Below are positions 9,535 to 18,798 of a stretch of 47,148 nucleotides of DNA, piece after piece; position 1 is the stretch's first letter; each line of letters opens with the position of its first letter. The DNA comes from Bacteroidales bacterium. GTDB taxonomy: Bacteria; Bacteroidota; Bacteroidia; Bacteroidales; UBA12077. The stretch covers positions 1-47,148 of the forward strand of contig JANQHR010000119.1 of NCBI GenBank assembly GCA_028282585.1, written 5' to 3'. Below the pieces are notes generated by a model that saw nothing but the letters and a program-made list of their open reading frames with translations, did not search any database and had not been told where the DNA came from. A program made the translations under genes and the position numbers.

Positions 9535-10314
9535 TTATTTCAATTCCTGCATTTTGCGAACGGTTTTCAATAATGTCTTTTTAGGCATAAAAGGAATCAT
9601 AGCCATCATTACTTTTTGTGAACCGGTTAATCCGGATACTACATCCAATTTACCATTTAACATTCCTTTATAACCATCTTCTGCAACTTTTTTTGCACTT
9701 GTAGTTTTGCTAAATAAATCCGTTTTATCCATTCCTGAAACTCTGGCAAACTCTGTTTCAGTTGCTCCGGGCATTAAGTTAGTTACTGTAATACCGGTAT
9801 CATATAACTCTTCAGCAATTGCATTACTAAAGAATGTAACGAACGCTTTAGTTGCAAAATATACGGCCTGCAGCGGTCCCGGCATAAAGCTGGCGGTTGA
9901 CGACACATTTAATATTTTACCTGAATTCCTTTTAACAAAATCAGGCAAGAAGAATCTTGTTAATGCAGTTAATGCAATTATGTTCAGGTTAATCATAGTT
10001 AAATCATCATTCCAGTCTCTTTCATAAAATTTTCCATGACCGCCAAAACCTGCATTGTTAATAAGGTATTCTACTTCAATTCCAGCTGCTTTTACCGCAT
10101 CATAAATTTCTTTAGGCGCTTCAGGTAAGCTAAGGTCCTTTGCTATTACAATTACTTCTGCTGAATACTTAGTTTCCAGTTCGCTCTTTAATTCTTCTAG
10201 TTTTTCGTTATTTCTTGCAACGATAACTAAATCGCCTCCTTTTTCGGCATGAATTCTTGCAAATTCTTTTCCTATTCCTGTAGAGGCTCCTGTGATTAAT
10301 GCTACTTTTTTCAT
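9535..10314 (-). CDS. Short-chain dehydrogenase/reductase
   Basis: TGASTGIG, INNAGFG, VSS, YFATK. Confidence 0.9.
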   Translation of the reverse strand: MKKVALITGASTGIGKEFARIHAEKGGDLVIVARNNEKLEELKSELETKYSAEVIVIAKDLSLPEAPKEIYDAVKAAGIEVEYLINNAGFGGHGKFYERDWNDDLTMINLNIIALTALTRFFLPDFVKRNSGKILNVSSTASFMPGPLQAVYFATKAFVTFFSNAIAEELYDTGITVTNLMPGATETEFARVSGMDKTDLFSKTTSAKKVAEDGYKGMLNGKLDVVSGLTGSQKVMMAMIPFMPKKTLLKTVRKMQELK

Positions 10315-10344
10315 TTCTTTTCCTTTTAATTATTAATATTTTAC

Positions 10345-10361
10345 GTGAGTACTTACTTACA
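10345..10361. promoter_or_regulatory. Putative TetR operator upstream of the SDR genes
   Basis: gtgagtacttacttaca, 15/17 identical to 10916-10932; imperfect palindrome. Confidence 0.6.
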
Positions 10362-10377
10362 TTTTAGTTAAAAAAAT

Positions 10378-10905
10378 TTAAACCTTATATTTATTATGCA
10401 TGAATTCCACTAACTCTGTTACATCAAAATTCTTTTGAAGGTAAAACCGAGTTGCCAATCCATCCATATTTATTAATAGAAGCTTTGCCTCCAGATCTGG
10501 CTTCTCATATCCAAGCTTTTTAAATGCATTGGTAAGCGCTAACTCCAAAGGTTCCATCTTGTGTTCTCCATAAATTTCCATTTCCCATTTTATTTTATAT
10601 TGAAGTTTCCAGAAGTCTTCCCTATCCTTCGTATTAACAAATTTAGATGATAACTCAAAAAATTTTCTGAGAACTTCTTTTGGTTCTGTTTCCAATACAA
10701 TATCTGCAAATAATATTTTGGCCTGTTCTTCTCCTTCTTGTATAATAGCCTCCAACAAACCATCTTTATTTCTGAAATGCCTGAATATCAAACCCTCGGA
10801 AACTCCTGCCTTTTTTGCTATCTTACTGGTAGAAGTTGGTTTAAAACCTTCTTCTGCAAAAAGCTCCAATGCTGCCTGTAATATTTTTTCCTTTTTATCT
10901 GTCAT
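10378..10905 (-). CDS. TetR/AcrR family transcriptional regulator
   Basis: ILQAALELFAEEGFKPTSTSKIAKKAGVSEGLIFRHFRNKDGL. Confidence 0.92.
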   Translation of the reverse strand: MTDKKEKILQAALELFAEEGFKPTSTSKIAKKAGVSEGLIFRHFRNKDGLLEAIIQEGEEQAKILFADIVLETEPKEVLRKFFELSSKFVNTKDREDFWKLQYKIKWEMEIYGEHKMEPLELALTNAFKKLGYEKPDLEAKLLLINMDGLATRFYLQKNFDVTELVEFMHNKYKV

Positions 10906-10915
10906 AACGAAATCA

Positions 10916-10932
10916 GTGAGTAATCACTTACA
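10916..10932. promoter_or_regulatory. Putative TetR autoregulatory operator
   Basis: gtgagtaatcacttaca, 10 bp upstream of the tetR ATG. Confidence 0.6.
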
Positions 10933-11028
10933 AAAATAAAAACATTTTTTAAAGTCCCAAACTTTTTTGCATCTTTTTTGATAAATAATTTAAGCTTTAA
11001 AAAATTGTGAGGATCAGAATCACTTACT

Positions 11029-11488
11029 TTACGTAGGTATAGATTTTAGAATTGTGCTACCAGTAGGATTATTCCTACTATGTAAATTTATTTTAAGTTC
11101 GTCGCCTGTAAAAGACGTTAACTCCCAGGCATAATCAAATAAAAATGTATTATAATTCTGAAGTGTTCCCCATTGCCAGTCAAGATTTGTGAATTTTATT
11201 TCACTTCCTTCAACCAGGTAAATTTGATACATCGTATCTATTTTAACAAATTCAGTTAAGCCATTCTCGTTTTCAACATAATAATATCTAATCGTCAAAA
11301 CGCTGTCAGCACTCGCAAATGAAAATATTACGGTATCATTCATTACATCCCTTTTATTTTCATATTGTGGGATAAAGGTGTCAATAAAATAATATTCTTG
11401 TAAAAAGACCGGATTTAATTGATCCTCTTCATCTTCACATGAATAGACAAATAATAAAATAACTAAAAGTATGTTTACTGCTTTTCAT
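11029..11488 (-). pseudogene. Lipoprotein gene with a +1 frameshift just after the start codon (or a sequencing error)
   Basis: ATG-AAAA-GCA at 11488; removing one A gives MKAVNILLVILLFVYSCEDEED... continuous into the 11029-11343 ORF. Confidence 0.6.
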
Positions 11489-11504
11489 TTAAAGTAAGTT
11501 TTAG

Positions 11505-12236
11505 TTAATTATTATCCTTATACATATTATAAACCTGAATAATCTCCTGAATATGAGGAAAACCGTATTTTCCATCCTTGATTTTAGCTACTAATTCAGG
11601 ATAATCTTTTATATATGGAACAAAAACATCCGGGAATTTTTTATTTGAAACAGGGATTGGACCAAGTAATTCTTTTTTTTCACCTTGCAATGGTTCTAGG
11701 TAAAACTCATAAACCGGATACAAACCCGGATAGCTTATTTGCTTTACAGGGTCATACCTTTCTGAATATTGACGGTACTTAGTAAAATATAAACTTACTC
11801 TACCCTCCTCAAGAATTTCTATATAACTGGGTGGTAGATTGGAAAATTTTTTGGAAACATAATGAAAATCATTTATCCCAAATCCTTTTAATTTATCAGC
11901 TCTATATCTTTTCTTTTTAGATTCACTTTTTTCTCTAAAATAAATAACCATAGAAGCCTGCCCACCCTGATATTTATTTATATTAATTTCTCCTCTAATG
12001 GTATCTCCTTCTAAATTGTATATCTCTCCAAAACTCCATTCCTCATGCATCGAAAATGCCAATCCCCGGGTTGCAAGTGATTCGTTATAATCTATTAAAT
12101 CATTTAATAATTTATCCAATGAGTCTGATACCTCAACTTTTCGCTGTATTTTATTTGGATAGTCATAAATTTCTACCTGAGCGTAAAGGCTTAAAGTAGG
12201 TATACAAAAAAGTAAACTAAGCAATAAATTTTTCAT
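11505..12236 (-). CDS. Secreted hypothetical protein
   Basis: Signal peptide MKNLLLSLLFCIPTLSLYAQ; GDTIRGEI and IEILEEGRVSLY segments typical of Bacteroidota exported proteins. Confidence 0.7.
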   Translation of the reverse strand: MKNLLLSLLFCIPTLSLYAQVEIYDYPNKIQRKVEVSDSLDKLLNDLIDYNESLATRGLAFSMHEEWSFGEIYNLEGDTIRGEININKYQGGQASMVIYFREKSESKKKRYRADKLKGFGINDFHYVSKKFSNLPPSYIEILEEGRVSLYFTKYRQYSERYDPVKQISYPGLYPVYEFYLEPLQGEKKELLGPIPVSNKKFPDVFVPYIKDYPELVAKIKDGKYGFPHIQEIIQVYNMYKDNN

Positions 12237-12451
12237 AAGGTTAATAATATTGGTAATAAAGTTTCGAATTTAAATTTATTTTTTGAGATTTAATAATTTG
12301 ATTTTTTATTGCCGTAATTTAACAGTTAGCCTTTGTTATATAGAAAAGAATCCATTATCAAATTTTTTCTATCTAAATCGCAACTTTTTTTATCTAAAGA
12401 TTTTATTTATTTTTAATTTATCATATAGTTTTTAATTATAACTATTAATAA

Positions 12452-12643
12452 ATGAAACATTTTATAATTGTACTAACCGTAGCTTTAATAACACTTTCCA
12501 TAATGTTTGCCATTTACCAGCCAGATATATTGGAAGATATCTGGTTATGGTTAATCGGCCTTATAGGACCAATTATCGGATTCCTCCGAGAAATAATAAA
12601 ATCATTAAATAAATTTTTTAAAGAACTTGACCTAAAAGAATAA
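12452..12643 (+). CDS. Small 2-TM membrane protein (holin/antiholin-like topology)
   Basis: Two hydrophobic helices and a charged C-tail; first gene of a co-oriented cluster. Confidence 0.6.
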   Translation: MKHFIIVLTVALITLSIMFAIYQPDILEDIWLWLIGLIGPIIGFLREIIKSLNKFFKELDLKE

Positions 12644-12690
12644 TTCACATACTTCATAAAATACTTATTTTCCTTGTCAAAATTATTACC

Positions 12691-13671
12691 ATGAATAAAT
12701 TAACCAAAAACTCAAGAAGATGGCTTATTGCTAGTATTATACTTATTGTATTACTAGTTTTTTTCAGAGGCTTATTTATAAGAAACATATTAAGTGAAAA
12801 TCATATACCGAAACTTGTTTATTATTTAATTGAAATAATACTAACAAGTTTATTGGTTATAAGCGTTGTTAGATTATTTTTCATTTTTAAGGAACAAATT
12901 TCAAATAGTTATAAAAAGACTAAAGAAAATATTAGAAAGAATAACGCTAGCAAAACATTTATTTATATAGTTATAGTCATTTTTGCGGTTATAACCTTTT
13001 TTGGTACAATTCAAATCTTAAGCGATACTAAATGCGCCTCATGTAATGTATATAAAGTAATTGGTTTTATTTTAATCATGGTGTGGACGTGTATATTTTT
13101 ATGTTATTTTATCTGGTCTATCTATTTTTACAATTTAAACCTTGGTAAAACCAACGAAGAATGGATTAAAATTAAAGAAGCAAAAAACAACCGATCTAAA
13201 GGCTTACCTTTTAATCAACAGGATATTGACGATGAACCAAGCTACAATCCATATCACGACCAGACTTTTGGTGTTCCTCCGGGTACAGTGCGCGGTATGA
13301 TTGCTTTTACGCTTTTATTTGGTGCAATTGCAATGCTTATTGTTAGTTTTGGAATGAATAATCAAATTGATTCTGGTAGTTTTTTTTATGATCAGTTCGA
13401 ATTTTTCAAAACTGCATTTCTAATGATGATAGCATTCTATTTTGGTAGTCGTTCGTTAAAATATCTTAGAAATGGGAATCACGGAGTTTATAAACCAAAT
13501 AATGCATCAACACCGGACGATGATAAAGATAATGGTGACAATACAACAGAAATTAGCTCTCCGAATGATAGTGAAATAATTGTTATTAATACTAACGTTG
13601 ACACATCACAAAAAGGCGATCATACCATACCTCACATTGTTCCCATAGATCCAATGGCACCTAAAAAATAA
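12691..13671 (+). CDS. Polytopic membrane protein (about 6 TM) with a holin-like C-terminal module
   Basis: Four N-terminal TMs, GVPPGTVRGMIAFTLL, MMIAFYFGSRSLK, disordered acidic tail. Confidence 0.65.
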   Translation: MNKLTKNSRRWLIASIILIVLLVFFRGLFIRNILSENHIPKLVYYLIEIILTSLLVISVVRLFFIFKEQISNSYKKTKENIRKNNASKTFIYIVIVIFAVITFFGTIQILSDTKCASCNVYKVIGFILIMVWTCIFLCYFIWSIYFYNLNLGKTNEEWIKIKEAKNNRSKGLPFNQQDIDDEPSYNPYHDQTFGVPPGTVRGMIAFTLLFGAIAMLIVSFGMNNQIDSGSFFYDQFEFFKTAFLMMIAFYFGSRSLKYLRNGNHGVYKPNNASTPDDDKDNGDNTTEISSPNDSEIIVINTNVDTSQKGDHTIPHIVPIDPMAPKK

Positions 13672-13695
13672 ACTTAACCACCAAATAATAAGACA

Positions 13696-14274
13696 TTGAA
13701 AAAACTACTATTAATATCAGTTATGTGTCTGACTATCATTTCGTGTTCAGATAAAAGAGCTATGGTGGTTGGTAAAATACAAAAGGCTTCAAAACTAGCT
13801 ACAACCGAATTTACGGTTGATAAACTTGTTTTTGGTGTTAAGAATAAAAAAATATTATGGGCCGTAAAACTAAATGAAGCCCAGTTTCTGGCTAAATCCC
13901 AAGCAATAATTAAAGCAGGTATAGATCTTGAAAAAATTAAAGAAGAGGATATAATAATAAAGAATAAAATGATTAGCATAACCCTTCCTCCGGTAGAAAT
14001 AATAAATTTTTCTTATCCCGCCGAACGGTTTTCAAAAATCGATATTTTAACTACCAATGTATTTACAACTAAAATTAATCTGGAGGATCAGGAACATTTT
14101 TTCCGTCAGGCTGAACTGGATATCCGTAATAGTTTACAATATATGGATATAGTTGAAACAACCCAGAAGAAAACAAGCAACTTATTGCGCGCCATGCTTA
14201 TAAATTTGGGTTACAATGAAATCTATATCGATTTTAAGAAGGACAAATTAATAACAGAGATTATCGAAGAATGA
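13696..14274 (+). CDS. DUF4230-like lipoprotein
   Basis: Lipobox TIISC; KLATTEF...AIIKAGIDLEKI...ISITLPPVEI pattern typical of DUF4230; TTG start. Confidence 0.75.
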   Translation: MKKLLLISVMCLTIISCSDKRAMVVGKIQKASKLATTEFTVDKLVFGVKNKKILWAVKLNEAQFLAKSQAIIKAGIDLEKIKEEDIIIKNKMISITLPPVEIINFSYPAERFSKIDILTTNVFTTKINLEDQEHFFRQAELDIRNSLQYMDIVETTQKKTSNLLRAMLINLGYNEIYIDFKKDKLITEIIEE

Positions 14275-16193
14275 TTGCATACCTTATAAAAAACTGGAAA
14301 CTCTTACTCGACATTGTTATAGTGGTTGCTGGAATTATTGTATTTACAGTACTTGATCCATTTGGTATGTTTAGTAAAAGAAACTTAAGAAGTACAGCTA
14401 ACTTGGTATCTAGTGTGAAAGATATTGGTGAGTTGGTAACTTCAGAATACTATGGAGAAGTTATAAGTAGTTTAAATGAAACCTTTATTTTCGATCTGCC
14501 TGAGGATACAGTAACTGAAAAATTTGAAGAGTGTTTATATCAACTTAAATTAAATTGCAATAATGCAATCTATCGTAATAAAACCGTAAAGCAATTTTTA
14601 AGAAGCTCTGAGTTAAATGCAATTCGTTCGGAATTCAACCGATCTAACGAATATATATATAATCATCTAATTGTATTACTTGCAGTTAATATGATAGAAC
14701 CAGATGAAGACAAGTTTTTTAAAGAAAATAAACAAACGCTTCAAGGCAACACTGAACAGCGGGTTATTAAGAGAATTTATAATCACATCGAAAGCATTAA
14801 TAAAAAATACAAGAAAAATAAAATTACCGAAGAAGAAAAGGATGCAGAAATCAATAGTTATATTAATGAAATACCTGTTTATATTGAAAGTTCAGCTAAT
14901 TTCCATTATCATTTGAATAATATGGCCCTAAACAAACGTGAACGCAAACGCGATATAGTTTTTATAGGGCGCGGGTGGGTTAAAGCTGGATATAAGTTCG
15001 AAGAACTGAATGAACGAAATTTTGCTTACGATGAAAATAATAAACTTATCCGTTTTTATGGTTTATCTCCCATAGTACTTGATAAGGATATTAATCCATG
15101 GTTTATTCCTGAAAATAAAATTAAAGGTTTCGAATTAGTTGATTTTTATAAAGGAGCAACATTTGAGGAAGCTAAAATTGTTAAAAAAAGATGTAAAGAA
15201 AAACTGCTTGAACAAGCTTACCATGCAGGTATCATGAAGCAAGCGCAGAAAAATGGAGAGGAAGCCCTGAAAAATTTCTTTTCTTTATTACTTGATGAAC
15301 CAGATTTGAAAGTGGAATTTCAGCCATTACCTTACCAAAATGAACTAAACCTTATAAAATCTGACACCTTAATTACGGTCAACGAAGCGTTAAAAATAAA
15401 CGCAATTCTAGATCAATTTAAGGCTAAAATTGAAAGATCAGAATCGTCTGATAAAGAAATCCTCAGGCAACAACTATCGATCTTTTATAATCAACTAACG
15501 GAAGTACCGTTTGTTGATACCGCTCATTATTTTAATATTTATTCAACTGAAGCTGCTAAAATTCTCGATAAAAAATATTATATCGTAAAAACGGATTATG
15601 ATCATTTTATCAATATTAGAGATTCATTGCGAATTTCTAAAAACCATGATACAATTTTTACTAATTATACAGATACAAGCCTTATTAAACAGCATTATCC
15701 TGATTTTATTTCTCATTTTAACAATACACTTAAACTATTAGATTCTCAATTGGAACTAGCAATTTCCGATACATCGGTTACCATTGAGATAACAAAACAA
15801 TTAATCGATTCTTTAGGAATAAAAACTAACGATGAAAATGGAATTAAATTAGAAAAATCAAATAAAATTGTTGGAGAAGATACGGTATTTATTCTTACCA
15901 GAGAATCAAATGAATTATCTTATAAATTTTATGACTTAAGATATCCCGAATTAACAATTCCTTATGAATTTGAGGATACCTTAAAATTATCTCAATTAAA
16001 CCATATTGAATCTTTCATTGATCAGCATATTAAAATGTTTAATTACACTAGTAACAGTTCAGAAATTGACAGTTTAAGAATATACGAAGTTGAGAATATT
16101 CTTAAAACGTATGAACTTAAAAGAATCGAAAACCAAGTAAGTCTGAAACCCATCCATAAATTTATTGACTTTGTTAAGAAACCTATTAATTAA
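14271..16193 (+). CDS. Membrane-anchored DUF4230-like protein with large insertion and C-terminal extension
   Basis: N-terminal TM; VKDIGELVTSEYYGEV...(insert)...IVFIGRGWVKAGY...GIMKQAQKNGEEALKNFF; ATGA overlap with the previous gene. Confidence 0.7.
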   Translation: MIAYLIKNWKLLLDIVIVVAGIIVFTVLDPFGMFSKRNLRSTANLVSSVKDIGELVTSEYYGEVISSLNETFIFDLPEDTVTEKFEECLYQLKLNCNNAIYRNKTVKQFLRSSELNAIRSEFNRSNEYIYNHLIVLLAVNMIEPDEDKFFKENKQTLQGNTEQRVIKRIYNHIESINKKYKKNKITEEEKDAEINSYINEIPVYIESSANFHYHLNNMALNKRERKRDIVFIGRGWVKAGYKFEELNERNFAYDENNKLIRFYGLSPIVLDKDINPWFIPENKIKGFELVDFYKGATFEEAKIVKKRCKEKLLEQAYHAGIMKQAQKNGEEALKNFFSLLLDEPDLKVEFQPLPYQNELNLIKSDTLITVNEALKINAILDQFKAKIERSESSDKEILRQQLSIFYNQLTEVPFVDTAHYFNIYSTEAAKILDKKYYIVKTDYDHFINIRDSLRISKNHDTIFTNYTDTSLIKQHYPDFISHFNNTLKLLDSQLELAISDTSVTIEITKQLIDSLGIKTNDENGIKLEKSNKIVGEDTVFILTRESNELSYKFYDLRYPELTIPYEFEDTLKLSQLNHIESFIDQHIKMFNYTSNSSEIDSLRIYEVENILKTYELKRIENQVSLKPIHKFIDFVKKPIN

Positions 16194-16204
16194 ACTTTAA
16201 CATT

Positions 16205-17005
16205 ATGATTAAAAAACAATATATAAGAGAATTAAAAACTAAGGAACCCGTAGTTGAATCCGGAATGAAAAACAGCCTTGATGTTAAGAAAGTGCAAGAA
16301 TGGATAAACCTATGGAAAAGATATAATCCGGAATGGAAAGTTACAACTTTAATGGATGGACATTTTGGACCTGATACTCTTTCTGTGGTTAAAGAGTTTC
16401 AAAAGTTCCGTAAACTAAAAATTGATGGCATTGTAGGTAATAATACATGGCGCGAATTAACAAAACCTATGCGCGAAGCATTTACAAGAATTGAGGAAGA
16501 TTTATCATTAAAAGAACTAATAGTTAAATATGCAAAGCAACATTTAGCTTCTAGCCCAAGAGAATTTAAGCAAAATGAAGGAACATGGGTAAGAGCTTAC
16601 ATGGATGGAAATGAAGGAACTCAATGGCCTTGGTGTATGGGTTTTGTACAAACAGTTATAGATCAGGCAACATACACAATAGGACAAAAGCTTACCGATT
16701 ATATGCCTCATAGTTATTCATGCGATGTAGTTGGAAATTTCGGTCACAAGAGTAAAAACCTCGTTAGAAATGAAAAATTGAGAAAAGATTCCTCAACAGT
16801 TGAACCCGGAGATGTGTTTTTAAACGTTAAGAAACCATTCGATTGGACTCACACGGGATTAGTAATTGGTATTGAAAATGGATGGATTCATACAATTGAA
16901 GGAAACACAAACGATGAAGGTTCTCGTGAAGGATATGAAGTTTGTGAACGTAAAAGAGATTTAAATACTAAGAACATAGATATATTCAGGATAATACCAA
17001 AGTAA
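16205..17005 (+). CDS. Peptidoglycan-binding domain plus CHAP amidase/endopeptidase (endolysin-like, no signal peptide)
   Basis: DGHFGPDTLSVVKEFQKFRKLKIDGIVGNNTW (PG_binding_1); PWCMGFV, HTGLV, TIEGNT (CHAP Cys/His). Confidence 0.88.
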   Translation: MIKKQYIRELKTKEPVVESGMKNSLDVKKVQEWINLWKRYNPEWKVTTLMDGHFGPDTLSVVKEFQKFRKLKIDGIVGNNTWRELTKPMREAFTRIEEDLSLKELIVKYAKQHLASSPREFKQNEGTWVRAYMDGNEGTQWPWCMGFVQTVIDQATYTIGQKLTDYMPHSYSCDVVGNFGHKSKNLVRNEKLRKDSSTVEPGDVFLNVKKPFDWTHTGLVIGIENGWIHTIEGNTNDEGSREGYEVCERKRDLNTKNIDIFRIIPK

Positions 17006-17109
17006 TTCCAAAAATACAATCACTAACTAAAATACGAACCTTTAGTTTTGAAAGGTACTTTCATTTAATTTTTTATATTTACATTTGCATATATTTACAT
17101 ATATTAAAA

Positions 17110-17358
17110 ATGAAATTTAAAAAATTAGAACTGGAACAAGAAGGAAGTAAGTTTAAACGATTAATATCTTCAAACCAATTTAAGAAAACCATTATTTATA
17201 TAATGATTGGTGCAGCTATTGGAGTTGCTATTACTTATTTTGCCGAAGGCAGACAATTATTGGAAATCTCATCCAAAGATTTATTAACCAATGCTTTTAC
17301 TGGTGCATTTATTGGATTCTTTTTAACCAACAGTCCTTGTGCAAGAGGTAAGTGTTAG
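17110..17358 (+). CDS. Small 2-TM membrane protein ending CxxxxC
   Basis: Two hydrophobic helices, C-terminal PCARGKC; TACATTTG box at 17080-17087 suggests its own promoter. Confidence 0.6.
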   Translation: MKFKKLELEQEGSKFKRLISSNQFKKTIIYIMIGAAIGVAITYFAEGRQLLEISSKDLLTNAFTGAFIGFFLTNSPCARGKC

Positions 17359-18429
17359 TTAGTATTCCAGAACTTCTTCTTCTCCATCCAGTACTCTAAA
17401 GATACCTTCTGCAAGAGCTTCCATTTCGTTCTCGCCGGCATAAACATGGAATTCAGTTAAAGTACCAACATATTCTTTCAAATTATTAATAAACTTATCA
17501 CTATATGCAATTCCTCCTGTAATTGCTATGGCATGTGCTTTTGATTTGGAAGCAGCAAAACAAGCTCCAATTTCTTTCGCAACCTGGTAAACAAATGCAG
17601 AATAGATCAGTTTAGCCTTGGAATCACCGTTTTCAACCATTTTTATAACTTCTCTCACATCTTCAGTTCCCAAATATGCTTTGAAGCCACTGTTTTGAGA
17701 AAACAGTTTTATAACTTCTTCCTCGGGTTTACTATAACACAATTTCATAACTCCGCGCAAAGGTAATGCTCCTGCCCTATTTGGCGTAAACGGTCCCATC
17801 CCGAGTAATCCGTCATTTACATCAACAATTTTTCCACCTTGCACTAAACCCACTGATACTCCGCCTCCAAGATGTGCAATAACGTAACATGATTCCTCAA
17901 ACGGAATTCCTTGCTTAAATGCTATTATTCTTGCAGTTTTTTTCATATTTAAAGTATGTGCCCTACCATCGCGAACTATTCCGGGAACACCAGAAATTTC
18001 AGCTATTTCACTAATATTACTCGTTGAAACCGGATCGACAGCATAGCATTCCTTTAAACCAAACTCATCTTTAAAATAATTCACTAATAAACTCCCCAGG
18101 TTAGATGCATGTTCTCCATATTGACCCGACCTTGCATCTACAAGAAAATCTTCATTTATTTTATATGTACCACCATTTATAGGTTTTACAATACCACCTC
18201 TACCAACAATACCAACAACTTTTAAATCGGAATTCGATAAATAATCATCTAAATACGGTTTAATATGATCGTGCCTGTATTGAAGCTGATCAGCAATTTT
18301 TTTGAACGGGGCTAATTCATTTTGCGGATGCGATATAGACTTGGAAAAAAGCTCACCCTTACGGTTATAAAAAGCTATTTTAGTGGATGTTGATCCTGGA
18401 TTAATTACAATTACGACTTCTTTTTCCAT
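17359..18429 (-). CDS. buk: Butyrate kinase
   Basis: INPGSTSTK, GRGG, HASNLG, HLGGGVSVG, TGGIAYS, GENEMEALA all intact. Confidence 0.92.
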   Translation of the reverse strand: MEKEVVIVINPGSTSTKIAFYNRKGELFSKSISHPQNELAPFKKIADQLQYRHDHIKPYLDDYLSNSDLKVVGIVGRGGIVKPINGGTYKINEDFLVDARSGQYGEHASNLGSLLVNYFKDEFGLKECYAVDPVSTSNISEIAEISGVPGIVRDGRAHTLNMKKTARIIAFKQGIPFEESCYVIAHLGGGVSVGLVQGGKIVDVNDGLLGMGPFTPNRAGALPLRGVMKLCYSKPEEEVIKLFSQNSGFKAYLGTEDVREVIKMVENGDSKAKLIYSAFVYQVAKEIGACFAASKSKAHAIAITGGIAYSDKFINNLKEYVGTLTEFHVYAGENEMEALAEGIFRVLDGEEEVLEY

Positions 18430-18798
18430 ATTCAGATTATTTTACACGTAATATACATATTTCTGTTAAAAATGAAAATCAATCTATAGTAGTTTTTATT
18501 GTAAAATTCATAACAAATTAAAATAAAGATGCTTACTAAATAATATTTGACTTTTAACATATATTTTATATATTAGAATAGTATTAAATCATGCTGTAAA
18601 GTTCTTAGTATTCTTTGTAGTATTTATTGCTGTAATTCTTTTGTAGTTTTTAAACTAGGGTAAGTAGGGCACGCTCAGGTATTTGAGAAAAACCTAACAT
18701 AGGTGTTAACACAACACCTCGTTTTTATAATTTCGATTTAAAACTAAAAATTTTAAAATATAATATCCCCTAAATTACTTAAACTAAAACTACAAAAA

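Noticed and set aside
6588-10939. ORFs 6588-6818, 7736-7951, 9152-9490, 9707-10027, 10718-10939
   Set aside because: Antisense shadows of well-supported genes
12452-17005. Prophage lysis cassette
   Set aside because: No structural, packaging or replication phage genes nearby, and the flanks are ordinary chromosomal genes; remote phage ancestry is not excluded
18430-18798. Cobalamin riboswitch upstream of the icmF operon
   Set aside because: Region is AT-rich with no recognisable B12-box; only a small inverted repeat (aggtgtt-N5-aacacct, 18701-18719) of unknown meaning
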